A DNA stretch of 64,000 nucleotides, taken from Oopsacas minuta (Eukaryota > Animalia > Porifera). The stretch spans positions 744,001-808,000 of the forward strand of contig JAKMXF010000343.1 in the NCBI GenBank assembly GCA_024704765.1. The letters run 5' to 3'. The position numbers and the translations under genes are program-made. The notes below the pieces were generated by a model. It saw nothing but the letters and a program-made list of their open reading frames with translations, made no database searches and was not told where the DNA came from. Below, piece by piece: positions 1 through 12,103 of this stretch (its first letter is position 1; the number at the start of each line of letters is the position of its first letter).

Positions 1-990
1 TGAAACAGATGATAACGCTTTGCTGAACCCTCAATGAAGAATATAGTGTGGACACAGTACCCAAAGCATTTCTAACTTCCCTGATGTTCCTGCAAGCATC
101 AGCAAGAACAAGATTCAATTGATGCGCATATCAGTGCACGCACAACACTCGATACTTCTACTTCTGTACTCTTGAAGCAAGGCCAAAGTATTTTCCACGC
201 ATGTCCGCAGCTCCATCGTAACATTGAGCTCGTACATTATGAATGGACAGAAATAGCTCATATAGAACATACTTCAGGAGATCATACAATGATTTACCAG
301 TTGTGCTGACACATTTCCAGAATCACACTAAACGTTCTTGCATAATGGCGTTGCAACCTTTAACAGAAAGATAGCGTATGCAAACGGTAGCCTGTTCTAC
401 TCTAGCAATGTCCATAGTCTCATCGGCCATCACTGCAAAGTATTGACTCCCATGTACTTCTTTCACAATTCGGTCATGAATCAAAAGCCCAATCATAGGA
501 ATTAGTTCGTTTTGAACTTGAGGACTGGTATATGTGATTCGGTTCAACGCAAGGTATTCACGTAGGTCTTTGTTATCCTTAGGTCGTAAAGCCAGGATTT
601 CCAGAAATTACCACGGTTAATCGAGGCCTCTGGCTCACCATGACCATGTAATGCAATGCTCTGCCTCACCAAAATACAATAGTCTCAGATAATAATTCGC
701 AGGTATGCACTGTCTTCTCAACCTGTGCTTTGTGTACTGAACTAAGCTGAGATGCAATTGATTCTTTCCGTGTATTTACTAAAGTCCAGATAGTCATTGC
801 AGAGTGATGCACACTCGCATCATTATGATCCCTGAATCTCTCAGTTGCATTCTTCCAGTAACGAAACCCTGCGTACGTAAATGCTGGCCCTACACACCCT
901 GGGTGACTTGGTATAAACATCCGACATGGAAAGACAAAAGGCAGAGTAGAGTTTCAAACTGTATTCTAACCATGGGCGACCTACAAACCA
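1..990 (-). mobile_element. hAT (ZMYM1/DUF4371-type) transposase remnant, 5' half
   Basis: TTF-type Zn-finger segment FTYAGFRYWKNATERFRDH (666-920) and YTSPQVQNELI...YFAVMADETMDIARVEQATVCIRY (323-547). Broken by stops and frameshifts. Confidence 0.85.
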
Positions 991-1001
991 CTCAGGTCGG
1001 A

Positions 1002-1137
1002 ACATACATACATACATACATACATACATACATACATACATACATACATACATACATACATACATACATACATACATACATACATACATACATACATACA
1101 TACATACATACATACATACATACATACATACATACAT
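1002..1137. repeat. Perfect (ACAT)34 microsatellite
   Basis: 136 bp uninterrupted tetranucleotide repeat. It produces the spurious YIHT/MYVC ORFs at 804-1253 and 841-1185. Confidence 0.99.
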
Positions 1138-1691
1138 CAGGGAAAAAAATGAGACTACCAAGACACCAAGCCTACAGGATGTCAAAGTTCACATGGAGTC
1201 ATCTGGAGCTTACACTGGAATATTTCCAGAGATATTCAAGTTACTCAACATAATTCTTGTTCTTCCAGTAGGAACAGCTTCAGTTGAGAGATCTTTCAGC
1301 CACATGAAGCAAATTAAAACAAGACTTCGAAATAGACTTAATGATGCTAATTTGGCTCATTTAATGAGGATCGCAATTGAAGGGCCAGAACTATCCTCGG
1401 TTAACTTTGATGAAGTTCTTAAAGTATTTAAAGAGAAAAATCGTCGAATACAGTTATAGTTTAGCATATAATTATTAGTGATACCAATATTTTAATCTCC
1501 CTATTTTTGTGATCATAATTAGTATATATTGAAGTATACACATAGCATCTTTGTTGTAATGTCGCACGTTCAATATTATTGTTTAATACACGACAAACAA
1601 TAATAACCTACTCAAATTCAAGATTTCTGGGGGGGGATAATTGTGCCTGGGTGGGGAAGGTTCCAGGGCCCCCCCTCTGTATGAAACCCTG
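1138..1691 (+). mobile_element. hAT 3' end with C-terminal dimerisation domain and right terminus
   Basis: FPEIFKLLNIILVLPVGTASVERSFSHMKQIKTRLRNRL (1193-1459). The terminus ...ccccccctctgtatgaaaccctg is a CAGGG-type hAT TIR. Confidence 0.88.
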
Positions 1692-3139
1692 ATAGTATAA
1701 TTTCTAATTATTTGTGTAAATTGATGCTATTATTACTTGTGTATGTATAACAACTCTTTTGTGTGTAATTTAAAACTGAATATTATCTCTATGAATGTAT
1801 TTCAGATATTACCTGTATAATTCTATATGAGATATTACCTGTATAGATGTTTGTATAATATTATGTATGTGTACAGATTGCATTTACGTAATGTTCAGTT
1901 TCAAAATATATATATGAAAGAATTGAATATGGTTTTTACTTTTTAGCATTTATGCATTCAGATTTACAATAATGAACTGGAGCTTTGGATCCTAGATACT
2001 TTAGCTGAAATATGATTCCTAAAGATATTTACAAATATACTTCTATTGGTGGTTAGCACTACACAAATATACCGATTGGTTGATGATTTTTAATTAAAGA
2101 ATGAAATAGAAGAAAACTTCAAATGGAACCACCAATTAACGTTACTCTGCAAGATATAACAACATCTTAAGTAATTACGTCTGAAACTCTTTTTATGTAA
2201 CTGGTTCAAATTATATTTTGTATTATGATTTAATCAATTATATAAATACATTGGTATATTTTCAACACATCATAACACTAAATTTTGGAATTGGTGATGA
2301 AAGACAGTTAGAATGGGAACTAGAATAAGTATGATAATCTGACTTGCCATTACGTAAATGTGTGATAGTCTTTCAAGTTAGTCATGGTACAATATACAAT
2401 ACAATTATTAATTAAGAAAAGAAATTGAAAATTAATTAAACAAAAGATATTTAGAATAAAAAAGTACTAGCGACTCCTTGTTATATCTAAGGGAATTGAA
2501 TTATAAAATATCAAAGAAGGTATCTGCAAGTTTTGAGGCGTTTCTGTAGATAAATAATTTCCAGAATTGAGTTCAAAGTTGGAGCTCGTAATTCACAAAA
2601 CAATAAGGAATTATCGATTTTAGAAGGTTGATGCGATAATAATAATTTTCAATATTTCTGGATAAATTGATATTGTTATGAACGTTTACATCTCATTTAT
2701 TGATTAATATCAAATAATTGAGATTCAGTAATATTTGGGATAAGAAATATAAGTTTGAACTGACCCTACTTTATGTAGTACCCGTTAAATGCCCACTACC
2801 AACTAAAAATTTGAATTGCCATAACTCCGTGAGTTTTCAATATTTTTTAATGAAATTTAATTTACCTAAACGTTCATATGGCATAAATGTTTACACGAAT
2901 TTTCAGAATGGAATTCTGACTTTAGGTAGTTTACTCTAATGAATTCGTATACATGGGTAATTGATCAAAAAATTCCTATAAATTAGTAAAAGTTTTCACA
3001 CAAAAATTGCGTAAAACATTCAACTCTCCTCTATAGAATGAGATTAATTTCGTTAAAATCTGATAAGTGGAAGTGGGTTAAATTAGTGATTGAAGTATAC
3101 ATGGCCGAATAGTCTGCTAACTTCACACTCGTGTACATC

Positions 3140-3700
3140 TTGATAATTTGAAAAAGTGCAGGAATTTGAAATAGTTGACCCACTGGACATTACGACAGTG
3201 GTGTTGACCAATGCCGAGTTACAGAGTTGATGTCAGTGTGAACGTAGCCCTACAATGATCAATCAATCTGTAATCGATTCGGAAGACGGTACAGAGGGAA
3301 ACCAAGGACCATTTAGTCATAATCACCACAATCCAGATATCCATAAAGAATCAGAAAACTCCCTGGTCGCTACAAGAAATAGCTCAGCAAGGATGTTAGC
3401 TCAGGATCGAAATGTGTGTACAAAGCTGACCTGAACACTACTTGGCCATACGGCTCCGCATATTAGAAGGGGACAATGTCATGAATTCAGTACGATTAGC
3501 TAGAAGAAACAGAAGAGAAATAGTGACAATAGAACCACCCATGTAGACCTAGATTAATATTCCTTCAATTTGTTTATAATAGCTAAAACCACTAGTTTAG
3601 TTATAATCACATACTGTTTTGTATTTCTCTTTATTATTATATCTATTAAACTTACAATTTTATTTCACTCAAATAAACAGGAGTTCAATAATAACTTAAC
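3140..3700 (+). mobile_element. Possible Gypsy 3' end: pol tail, polypurine tract and LTR
   Basis: VHLDNLKKC resembles an integrase tail. Purine tract agaaggggacaa (3465-3476) is followed immediately by TGTCATG at 3477, then an AT-rich stretch with AATAAA ending near ...ttaaca. No second LTR seen. Confidence 0.35.
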
Positions 3701-3970
3701 AAAACGCAATTAACCGATATATGCTTGCATGGCCGCAATGTTTAATTGTTAAGTGATTAAATTGGGGGAACTCTGCATAGAAAATTATCTAGAAGGATTT
3801 AGGGTTCGTGTACAATTAGCACACACGATGAACCCTCAATTCACATTTTCGCAAATTAATCTTTACGTCTATAGATTATTTATAATTGTAATAGAACATA
3901 AATATGTCTCAAATCTTCTCTTCCATCTCTAAGAAATGCATGCGGGATACAAAATCTGGGGAACATTTGG

Positions 3971-6433
3971 ATGACCCAGCTCATAGTTCGAACTCAGCAA
4001 ATTGAACCCTCTACACCTGCTAGAGATATCACTGCCCACGCTCAGCAAACTGAACCCTTGCCCTGCCTCTCAGGACTGTGGACATTCGCAGTCCAGGATG
4101 AAAGGACGTCAGTTCCGAGAAGAGTGGGAGGCTACCTACCCGTTGCTAGTAGCAAGGGATGGGAAGTATTTTAGTAGCATGTGTTCGTGTATAACAGAAG
4201 GCAAGCGTTGCTCCCCTACTTATCAGGTCTCTTACTAATTCACTGTAACTGGGTTCTCTAAGTGGAAGAAAGCGCTGTCTGGAGCCGTAAAGTCGATTGG
4301 AAAGCACTCCCCCGGAAGTTTTCTCAAGCACGAGCGAAGCCAGGCATACGGCAAGGCGTTGGTTGCTTATACAACCTTCCGCCAAGGGAATGATGCTGCA
4401 ACGCTGTTCAGCGAAGCATTCAAGATGTCCAAGATCAAAGGAAGAATCGCCATGATTGCCATATTTGATCGTTACAGATATTTGGCCAGACAAGGACTTC
4501 CGTTACGGAACCAACATAGTGCGAAGAATTAGGAAATTAATACCTTTCTCTTATAGACTAATATTCACTAATTCCTTTACATTTCCACATTTTGATTATT
4601 GTAGTAATGTTTGGGGGTGCAAAATCTCTTTATATAAATCAATTACTAATCCTTCAAAAAAGATGTGCAAGAACTATTTTCAATGTTGGACCTTGAATAT
4701 CTCACATATCTCTGTTTGCCAGCTTAAAGTGGATGGATATATTCAGCAGAATTAAATATAGAAAAGCTATCACAGTCTTCAAATGTTCAATGGCTTACTT
4801 CCTTCATATCTAAATGATGTGTTTACTAAAGTATGTGAAATTTCAACTTGTAACACCAGAAGTTCATCTAATTATGATTTCTATTCAACAAATGTAAAAT
4901 TTACACATTATAAACAGTCTTTGCCTTAAGATGCAGCTCAAAGGTCCAATGAACTTCCACAATATATTAAGCAATCTAGTAGTCTTGAGCTTTATTGAAA
5001 GTTGTATATGAAAAATTTAAGTACGGTATAAACTAAATCCTAATTTATTGTATCGATATTGTTCTTTGTTTCTTTTGTTATTTTTGTAAATTCTTGCTTA
5101 TAATAACGTACTTCTATTAGTGTACTTTCCCATATTTAAACTGGTACGTATATTTTGAACTGTAGTCCCAATGGGAGAACACGACTTAATGTATTATCAT
5201 TTTGTATGTTAATTGGTTTACTACATTAAACACTGACAACCAACCAACCAGGATTCAAATAAGACTAGCGAGCTTCTCAGGTTATGCGAAAAGTTCGACC
5301 ATGCCTTTGCAGAGTCGATTCGCCCATCTCAACCACCAACACTAGCAGATACACCTGGACTAACTGAGACGCTCACAATGATTTGTTGTAGACTCTGTCA
5401 CACATGATGCAAAGAAGGATTATTGAAGTATTCGTAACTGCGGGTATTGGTCTCTGTTGATGGATAAATCTCAGGATGTCACTGTGAAGGAGCAGGTTGT
5501 TTTACTGTGTACCATTCATTTAGAGAATTTTGAAGTGTCGGAACAATTCATCAGGTTCGCAGAAACTCCTTACATTACAGGAGAAACACTGGGTAGATTG
5601 GGTGAGGTATCTGTAACTGCTATAGGCCTTGATTTCAGGAATGCCTGGGATAGCATTTGATGGTGCAGCGTCCATGAACGGCAAGACCAAGGGATTTCGA
5701 ACGTGCCTGGGAAGCAAGTTTCCTTTCGCTCGATTTTCGTACTGTAAGGGTCATTGCCTCAACCTGATCCTGCAGGAGGCTGTGAGAAAGGGGTGGCCAT
5801 GAAGAAATTTCTTGACATTGTTCATAGTGACTGCCTACGTGAAGAGCAGCCCGAGAAGCCTTGCGTCGTTTTCGGAATTTTAGGAAGGACTTGAGGATAC
5901 TGTGGAGACTGAGAAGTTGAAGAAGTTGTGTCCAACGCGATGGGTCATGCGGATGCCAGCGGTGCGAGCGTGAATTAAGAACTATATCCACTTACTGGAT
6001 TGGTACCAGCAGCACATCTCGGAAGGAAAAGGAGAAGATAAGACCTAAGCACTCATTCACATCAACAAACGAAGCGACTTCTCTGTTTTCTTTTACTTGA
6101 TACGTTGATGCGTCAGTTCGAGATTGTGCATCCAGTACACAAGTGGGTTCAATGAGTCAACATCACCATATCAGTTTCCAGGAAATCCTTCGGGACGCTA
6201 GCAATACTCTTGTGTCTAGAGCTGCTATCGACAGTTATGAGTTCTACCGCCAGTGTAAGGCTACATCCGAGGAAGATAGACCTAGTCTTCAACCGTTCTT
6301 CGAATTCTATCACAATGTCACTCATCATGGAATCAACACTACCATTGATGGAATCCGGAACAAATGCGATTTGAGTGGCATAAACAATGACGTTGGATCC
6401 TACGCGAGTTATTACTTTTTCAGACGTTTCTAA
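3971..6433 (+). mobile_element. hAT (ZMYM1/DUF4371-type) transposase pseudogene interrupted by a LINE
   Basis: Motifs: GFSKWKKAL, YLARQGLPLRN|QDSNKTSELLRLCEKFD (continuous once the LINE is removed), DKSQDVTVKEQVV, FDGAASMNGK, TRWVMR-like. Many disablements. Confidence 0.85.
4514..5250 (+). mobile_element. 5'-truncated CR1/L2-type LINE 3' end
   Basis: RT C-terminal motifs NIVRRIRKLIP, FPHFDYCSNVWG, LKWMDIFSRI, NGLLPSYL, NTRSSS. Ends in a (CAAC)n tail. AACCA is present at both junctions (4509-4513 and 5246-5250). Confidence 0.85.
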
Positions 6434-6989
6434 TAATTCAATAATGTATTTTATGAATTTTTTAACAAATGTTTCCTATTCATATTTCAATATTTAGGCT
6501 TACCTGCCAACTGTCCCGGTTCTAGGGGAGGTCCCGCCATTTCGGATGTTTTAGCTCAATGTCATGTCCAAAATGGCCAAAATCTTAAGGTTATATAAAG
6601 TAAATTGCTTACTTCTTACACACGATTTTCTAAGTAAACTTGGCGGAGAACAGCATATATTTTATAGTTTGAGGTTGTCCACCTGATAATTATTCTAGAT
6701 ACAGTATACAGCTTTATATGTGCGATTTGGTGATAGTTAGTATATACAATGATATCATATGGAAATCAATTTGTGCGGTATAACCAACATGTATCCAACA
6801 ACTAAGACATTTCGTGATTAAAAGTTATGCGTAATTAAATTGACGTTCCAACGATTAAATATATCCCACAGATGGAGCTGTGTGCGGTAGCTGAGAATGG
6901 TTTTGAGGTATTAATCAAAAACTATTAATTTATAGCGAAAATAATGTCAAATGATCAGCGTGCTATTAGTAATTGGGATAGGTGGTGGC

Positions 6990-7450
6990 CGGTAGTAGGA
7001 TTTACATAAACATATTCGCCAACCAGAGTGGAGAAAAGTCAGGACAGAATGTTAATTTATCGAAACATCCGGGACGTAGCAAAATTACATTAGATTGGAA
7101 TACAAACTGACAATTAAATCATTTCCTGTTCTAGATCAGAACTTGCTATAACTGTCAAACCTCTGCTACTCTACCTCCTCAGCCACCACGAGAACTTCAA
7201 CCTATTCCTCCTACTGAAGAACTATGGCATCATTGTGGGATTGATCTCATAAGTAATATCTCCAACACAATACTTGGATTTCAGTACATCCTGTAATAGT
7301 GTACCTAGGTAAATTTGTAATTGCCCGAACACGTCTAAAAATATTGGACTGTTTACAAGAAATTTATCTCTCCTTTGGCGTACCTGACATCCTCCAACAT
7401 GACCAGAGAACAGAATTCTCAAGCAATGTAGCTCATATTTCGTGAAGTAA
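6990..7450 (+). mobile_element. Gypsy/Ty3 integrase fragment
   Basis: HPGRSK...RTCYNCQ zinc-binding remnant, then PRELQPIPPTEELWHHCGIDLI and FGVPDILQHDQRTEF. Frameshifted. Confidence 0.75.
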
Positions 7451-8526
7451 CTTTTACCGATACTATTTGAAATTAGTAATTGAAAATACATAAAGTAAAA
7501 TACCATACTAACGATTCACAATGCAAGTTATTTGCATATACGTAACACGTTGGTTTATCAATTGTCAACCCATTGCTTCAAAATATACGCTTGAAGGAAA
7601 TTGTGAGTCTTGATGGCCATGTTATTAAAATTATGAACTTCACGGAAAATTTAATTTATTTATGTTATATACTAATTAATAAGGATTCACGAATTGATGC
7701 AACAAATTTGGAATATTATCAATAGAGATATTTTAGTGATAGATATGCCATTAGAGAGTTGTTTGGATGGTTCGCCTCCCCACTGGTTTTTGCTAGGTGT
7801 ATTTTGAAATGATTTTAGCATGAGCATGGTTGTGTGAAGTTCTCTCTCGCTCATTGGGCCTCCAAGAGTCCTTATGTCTCCACCTTGAACGTCACAAATT
7901 ATCCCGTGATTTGACATCAAACACAGTATCTTGAGTCGTGTAAGCAGGAAATGGAGACTTCAGAATACATTTGTATTAATTCTGATGAATGTTGGATAAA
8001 ATATAAGAACTTTCTATATTATGGATTAAATGGCAAGTCTTCTACTACACTTAGTTCCGTGCAAACTCCGTGTAGGCCTCTCGGACGCCCTGACATTTCC
8101 TGCTGCTTGGTTGCATTACGATGCCTCTGGGAATCAGTAGAAGGATTTTTCGAATTAGTTGATTACAAGTAGAAAGCGTTTATCGTTGTATTTGCGCATT
8201 CAATTCACTGTTTCGATTGAAGTGAAGAATTTGCTATTTGATTAGGCATTAGTGTCACACATGCCCTAAGGGGGTAATGCTTGTCGAAATAATTTGCAAA
8301 TTAAATTTCACTTTTCATGAACTCCTACTTGGCTAGGAATATTATCGATATGTCTAAATAAGTAAATGTGTTTGACGAAAATTAAATAACCACCCTCTAG
8401 AATAATTTTTGATAAATTTAAGCCTCATTAGTCTAAGCATCAAATTGGAATTATCAGATTCGCAAATTGGTGAAATTATCAAATAATGTAAATTATTTAT
8501 ACGAAAAAAGGCCACGAAAAGAATAT

Positions 8527-8556
8527 GCGCCTGGGCGCTTATTCAGGGAAATACAG
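8527..8556. mobile_element. Isolated pogo/Tigger-type terminal inverted repeat
   Basis: gcgcctgggcgcttattcagggaaatacag, the reverse complement of a ctgtatttccctgaataagcgcc end. No partner end found. Confidence 0.4.
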
Positions 8557-9407
8557 CATCCAGATATATTTAAGCCTAATATCTGATGGGTCAATATATC
8601 TTGACACCAATCTCAAAAAGTATCCGAAATATTGTTTAGTTTAAATATATCCTGCCAGACAGAAGTATTCAGCCATATCTATAATTTCCATACAAATAAT
8701 ACTATAGTGGGTCTATTATTGATGGTCAACACAATAAAACATTATGATTGAGAGTATGTCTAGTATCAAATTCGAAATCTACGTATCCTGATAAAACAGT
8801 TTCTAGGATTTCCATAAATACTCACTATTAAGTTTCAAAAATTTCGAACCCTGTGTCACTAATTGAAACCTATCACCATAAGTATAATGGCTGTAAATGG
8901 CATAAAGTGACACAATGTGTCATGAGTTGAAATTATTTATCATTAGTATTTAGTATCTACATAGGAAATCTGTGTACTGAGGTCTGCAAATACGCAGAAT
9001 GCAAATTTGACATGAGAGATACTCTAAATCTTAAGGTTTTAAGGTTTTGGCCCCTCAAGAATAGACGAGATCAGTAGTATTTGTATAGAAGCCATTTAGT
9101 GACTGAATACTTTTGTTCAGGCAGGGTCTAAGATTTTTTTACCGGAAATGGATCAATTGAACTTGAATTAACGGTACCGAGACTGATAGGAAATAGTTTA
9201 CAGTTTCGGTACCGCCATAGGGATTGGTTATATTTACTTTGTAGTACATGTAGGGTCTAAAGGTTGAATACATTCAACAACTGGATATTGCTGCATAATA
9301 CCCAGACGCTTATCGAAGAAGGACTGAGATATATACAAAATCCAGAAACATTACAAGAAGAGCCAGATAAAATCCACCATTTGTAAATAACGTGGGAATT
9401 ACAAAAA

Positions 9408-10368
9408 CAAGGGTTGTTCATGAATTAATGGGACTAAATTGTATAAATTTAGAATTAAACCAAAACCTATAGATAATCCGTTTCAAATCTTTCGAAATAT
9501 TACCTCTCTAACTCTATACATCATTTCCATTGTCCTGGTAGCAGTTCTAGCCCAATGCCATAGAATTCTTGGGAGTATCTATTTCTCAAAGTTTCACTGC
9601 CATTTGAAATAATTAAATCTCTTCAATGTAGTAATCACTCATGATGGTGGTCTTCTCTGGTAACTAATCGAGAAGTAGAATTCCTTACATATCCCAGATT
9701 ACCGTGGCAATTTTCTTTCCAGGTGATGGCGCCCTTCATTGGTACACGTTTCAGCGTACATTTTCTAATGTTTTAATTGACTTTTACACTCTGGTTCACA
9801 ATAATGAAACTAAGACTCATCATCTGTTACGATATGAGCCAAAAGGTACTATTCGACTGTACATTGAGAATAATTTATTGATAACTTTACCCTCTCGTGT
9901 TTTGGTTCAGTTGAAAAGGTTTCGGGACCCATTGTGCAATAACCTTCGACATTTTTAGATCTTCAGATATAATCGAGTGTATTGTGGCTTTTGTTATATC
10001 TACCCTTTCTTCAAATTAGCTCCCTAATGTTTATCGCCTATCCTAATTCCTTATCATTGGACTAAATAATATAATGGCGGTTCCTTGAAGAGTTCGGACA
10101 ACGCCATTTTCAAATCGTTCGATTGACCTGTATATGGTGGGTTTTGAAGAAGATTCATCGCCGAAAACATCCTGTATTTCATTAAGACTCTGCGAGCTAG
10201 TATCCCCTTTTCCACAGGTACCAATTAATTTGACGTTTCCTCCCTTGCTAATCCCATTACTTGAAAAAGTTCTCATATCAACGCTTGTAATGTAATAGTA
10301 GGCGTATAGCTCTCATAAATAGAAACTGAAATCGATACGTTTATCTCATTACTAATTAACAACCCTTG
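9408..10368 (-). mobile_element. mariner element, degenerate and internally deleted; same family as 30255-31505
   Basis: TIRs caagggttgttca... / ...aacaacccttg followed by TA. N-terminus EIQDVFGDESSSKPTIYRSIERFENG. Confidence 0.85.
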
Positions 10369-10795
10369 TATTTCCATTGTATATTTTTACTGCATTTGCC
10401 TGAAAATAACTGTTAGGAATACGCTTCAGCAGTATGTAGATTAAAGACTACTATATACGTAAAGTTTACTCTCGAATATCTGAATACCTTCGTGATACAC
10501 TTACAATTTTGGTGTTCGGATAACTGAAGTAGCGTATTTCCAATATGAAATTAACAGCTCAGGGATACATAATAATGAGAATTTGTAATTTGTAATATTG
10601 ACTACGTGTTTATAAATATATGGGCCTATTATGATCATATCATCCGAAAACCAAGTTTTAATTGTTCCAAAACTTCCTACTTAGATTAAATAATTATTAC
10701 ATACTAATCTTCTTCCTGCTGTTCGGACACCCGAGTTGTCGGATAATCGAGGGCAATAATAACACATAATTACGTATAGAGAGTCAAACACCTAA

Positions 10796-10963
10796 CAGGG
10801 CCGTAACCATGAAAATACAAGTGGCCCAGTTGAATACAGCACAAACAAGACAAAGTGGTCAGGTTAACCTGTACCACTGGACCAGTTGGTGAAATATTGG
10901 AAAATTTGCTAGCAAATTGGTCAGGTTGAAACTTGACCAACCTGACCAGTGGCTACAGCCCTG
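10796..10963. mobile_element. hAT-type MITE (168 bp)
   Basis: TIR cagggccgtaacca / tggctacagccctg; internal ggtcagg/cctgacc repeats. No 8-bp TSD recognisable. Confidence 0.65.
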
Positions 10964-11903
10964 TGTAAATAGAATCACTAAAATATAAATTATAGGTATA
11001 CTTTTTGAAATTATGTACATACAGAAATATATGTATGAATAAATGAATAATCAAATCATAACTAGACGAAACGTCCAGCTATATAGTATTCAATATATTC
11101 CACTGTATTTTCGAAAGAGCTGATCATCAATTAGAGAATCTTAAACTGGATCGTAGATCAAGATCCTTTTTAAATTATAATCGAAACCGGGAACGCCGAC
11201 CCAAATTTCGGCCAGGATCAGGATTGGGATCTATATCCTATAATTGAGGATCGTCTAATGTCCTACTAGTAACTAATTACTTCGTAGAAATATCCATATT
11301 TACAGTGTTTGTATAGTTCATCAATTTCCCTATAGCTATACAGAAAAATCTATTAATTCTTAATATTATTATAGTAGATAAAACTAAATTTGCAATTAGA
11401 AGCAAAGTATAAGCTGTGGTGTAAGCAGTAATGCCAGTGGCCAGCTTATGTTCTTGCGGCATGCCGCAATTTTAGAAATTTGTTTATTTTATATAATAAT
11501 GACACCATTGCATTGGCTGAAATCGTGATTTTATTATCCAAGAATAATTCCCGAATTATAAGGTGTAGGAAATCGTATACTATGCTAAATATTGCTAACA
11601 CTATAAATGAAATTTAATCATAGGCAATATCTGTATATCGTTAGATTTTTCCCTTTTTCTTTATGCCATGTCCCAGGCTAAAATAAAACAAAATTTCCGG
11701 TTTCATCTAGACTCTAGAATTAATTAAGTAACCTGCGTACTATAATAACTATTTCTCAGAAGTTACGCACCCTGGGTGAGGCCCGCGCTAAGATAAAGGC
11801 CTAGCTTCAAACGACCCTGTGTTAGAACATAAGAGCAAGAATCATTGGTAAAACATATAATAAATATCCTAAAAGGTATACTAAAATATATAGTGATACT
11901 AAC

Positions 11904-11993
11904 CTGCATGACTTTGGGTAATATTTGCTTATTAAAGTGGTCTTCAAGAGTTGGCTTTGAGAAATCTCTTTTATATACTTCTTCTTCTTTATT
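11904..11993 (-). CDS. MFAP1: MFAP1 internal exon E (90 nt; NKEEEVYKRDFSKPTLEDHFNKQILPKVMQ)
   Basis: Acceptor ...ttgcctag and donor gttagt. Near-identical to MFAP1 EEVYKRDFSAPTLEDHFNKTILPKVMQ. Phase 0 at both ends. Confidence 0.97.
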
Positions 11994-12103
11994 CTAGGCA
12001 AATATTTTACTCAATATGCATAAACGATCAAAATATTTGAAAATTACATTTCATAGGATAATATTAGTTGTAGTGAGAAAATATCATATAGGGGGGTCAA
12101 ATA

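Noticed and set aside
804-1253. ORFs with (YIHT)n / (MYVC)n repeats
   Set aside because: These are translations of the (ACAT)34 microsatellite, not proteins.
1900-2700. AT-rich stretch that looks like decayed viral or Polinton coding DNA
   Set aside because: No frame stays open and no motif could be named.
1-11903. Next MFAP1 exon (expected VKNFGRSGRTKYTHL...)
   Set aside because: Not found by eye on the minus strand; it probably lies left of the window. TQDTVFD near 7915 was considered but lacks the upstream motif and runs into a stop.
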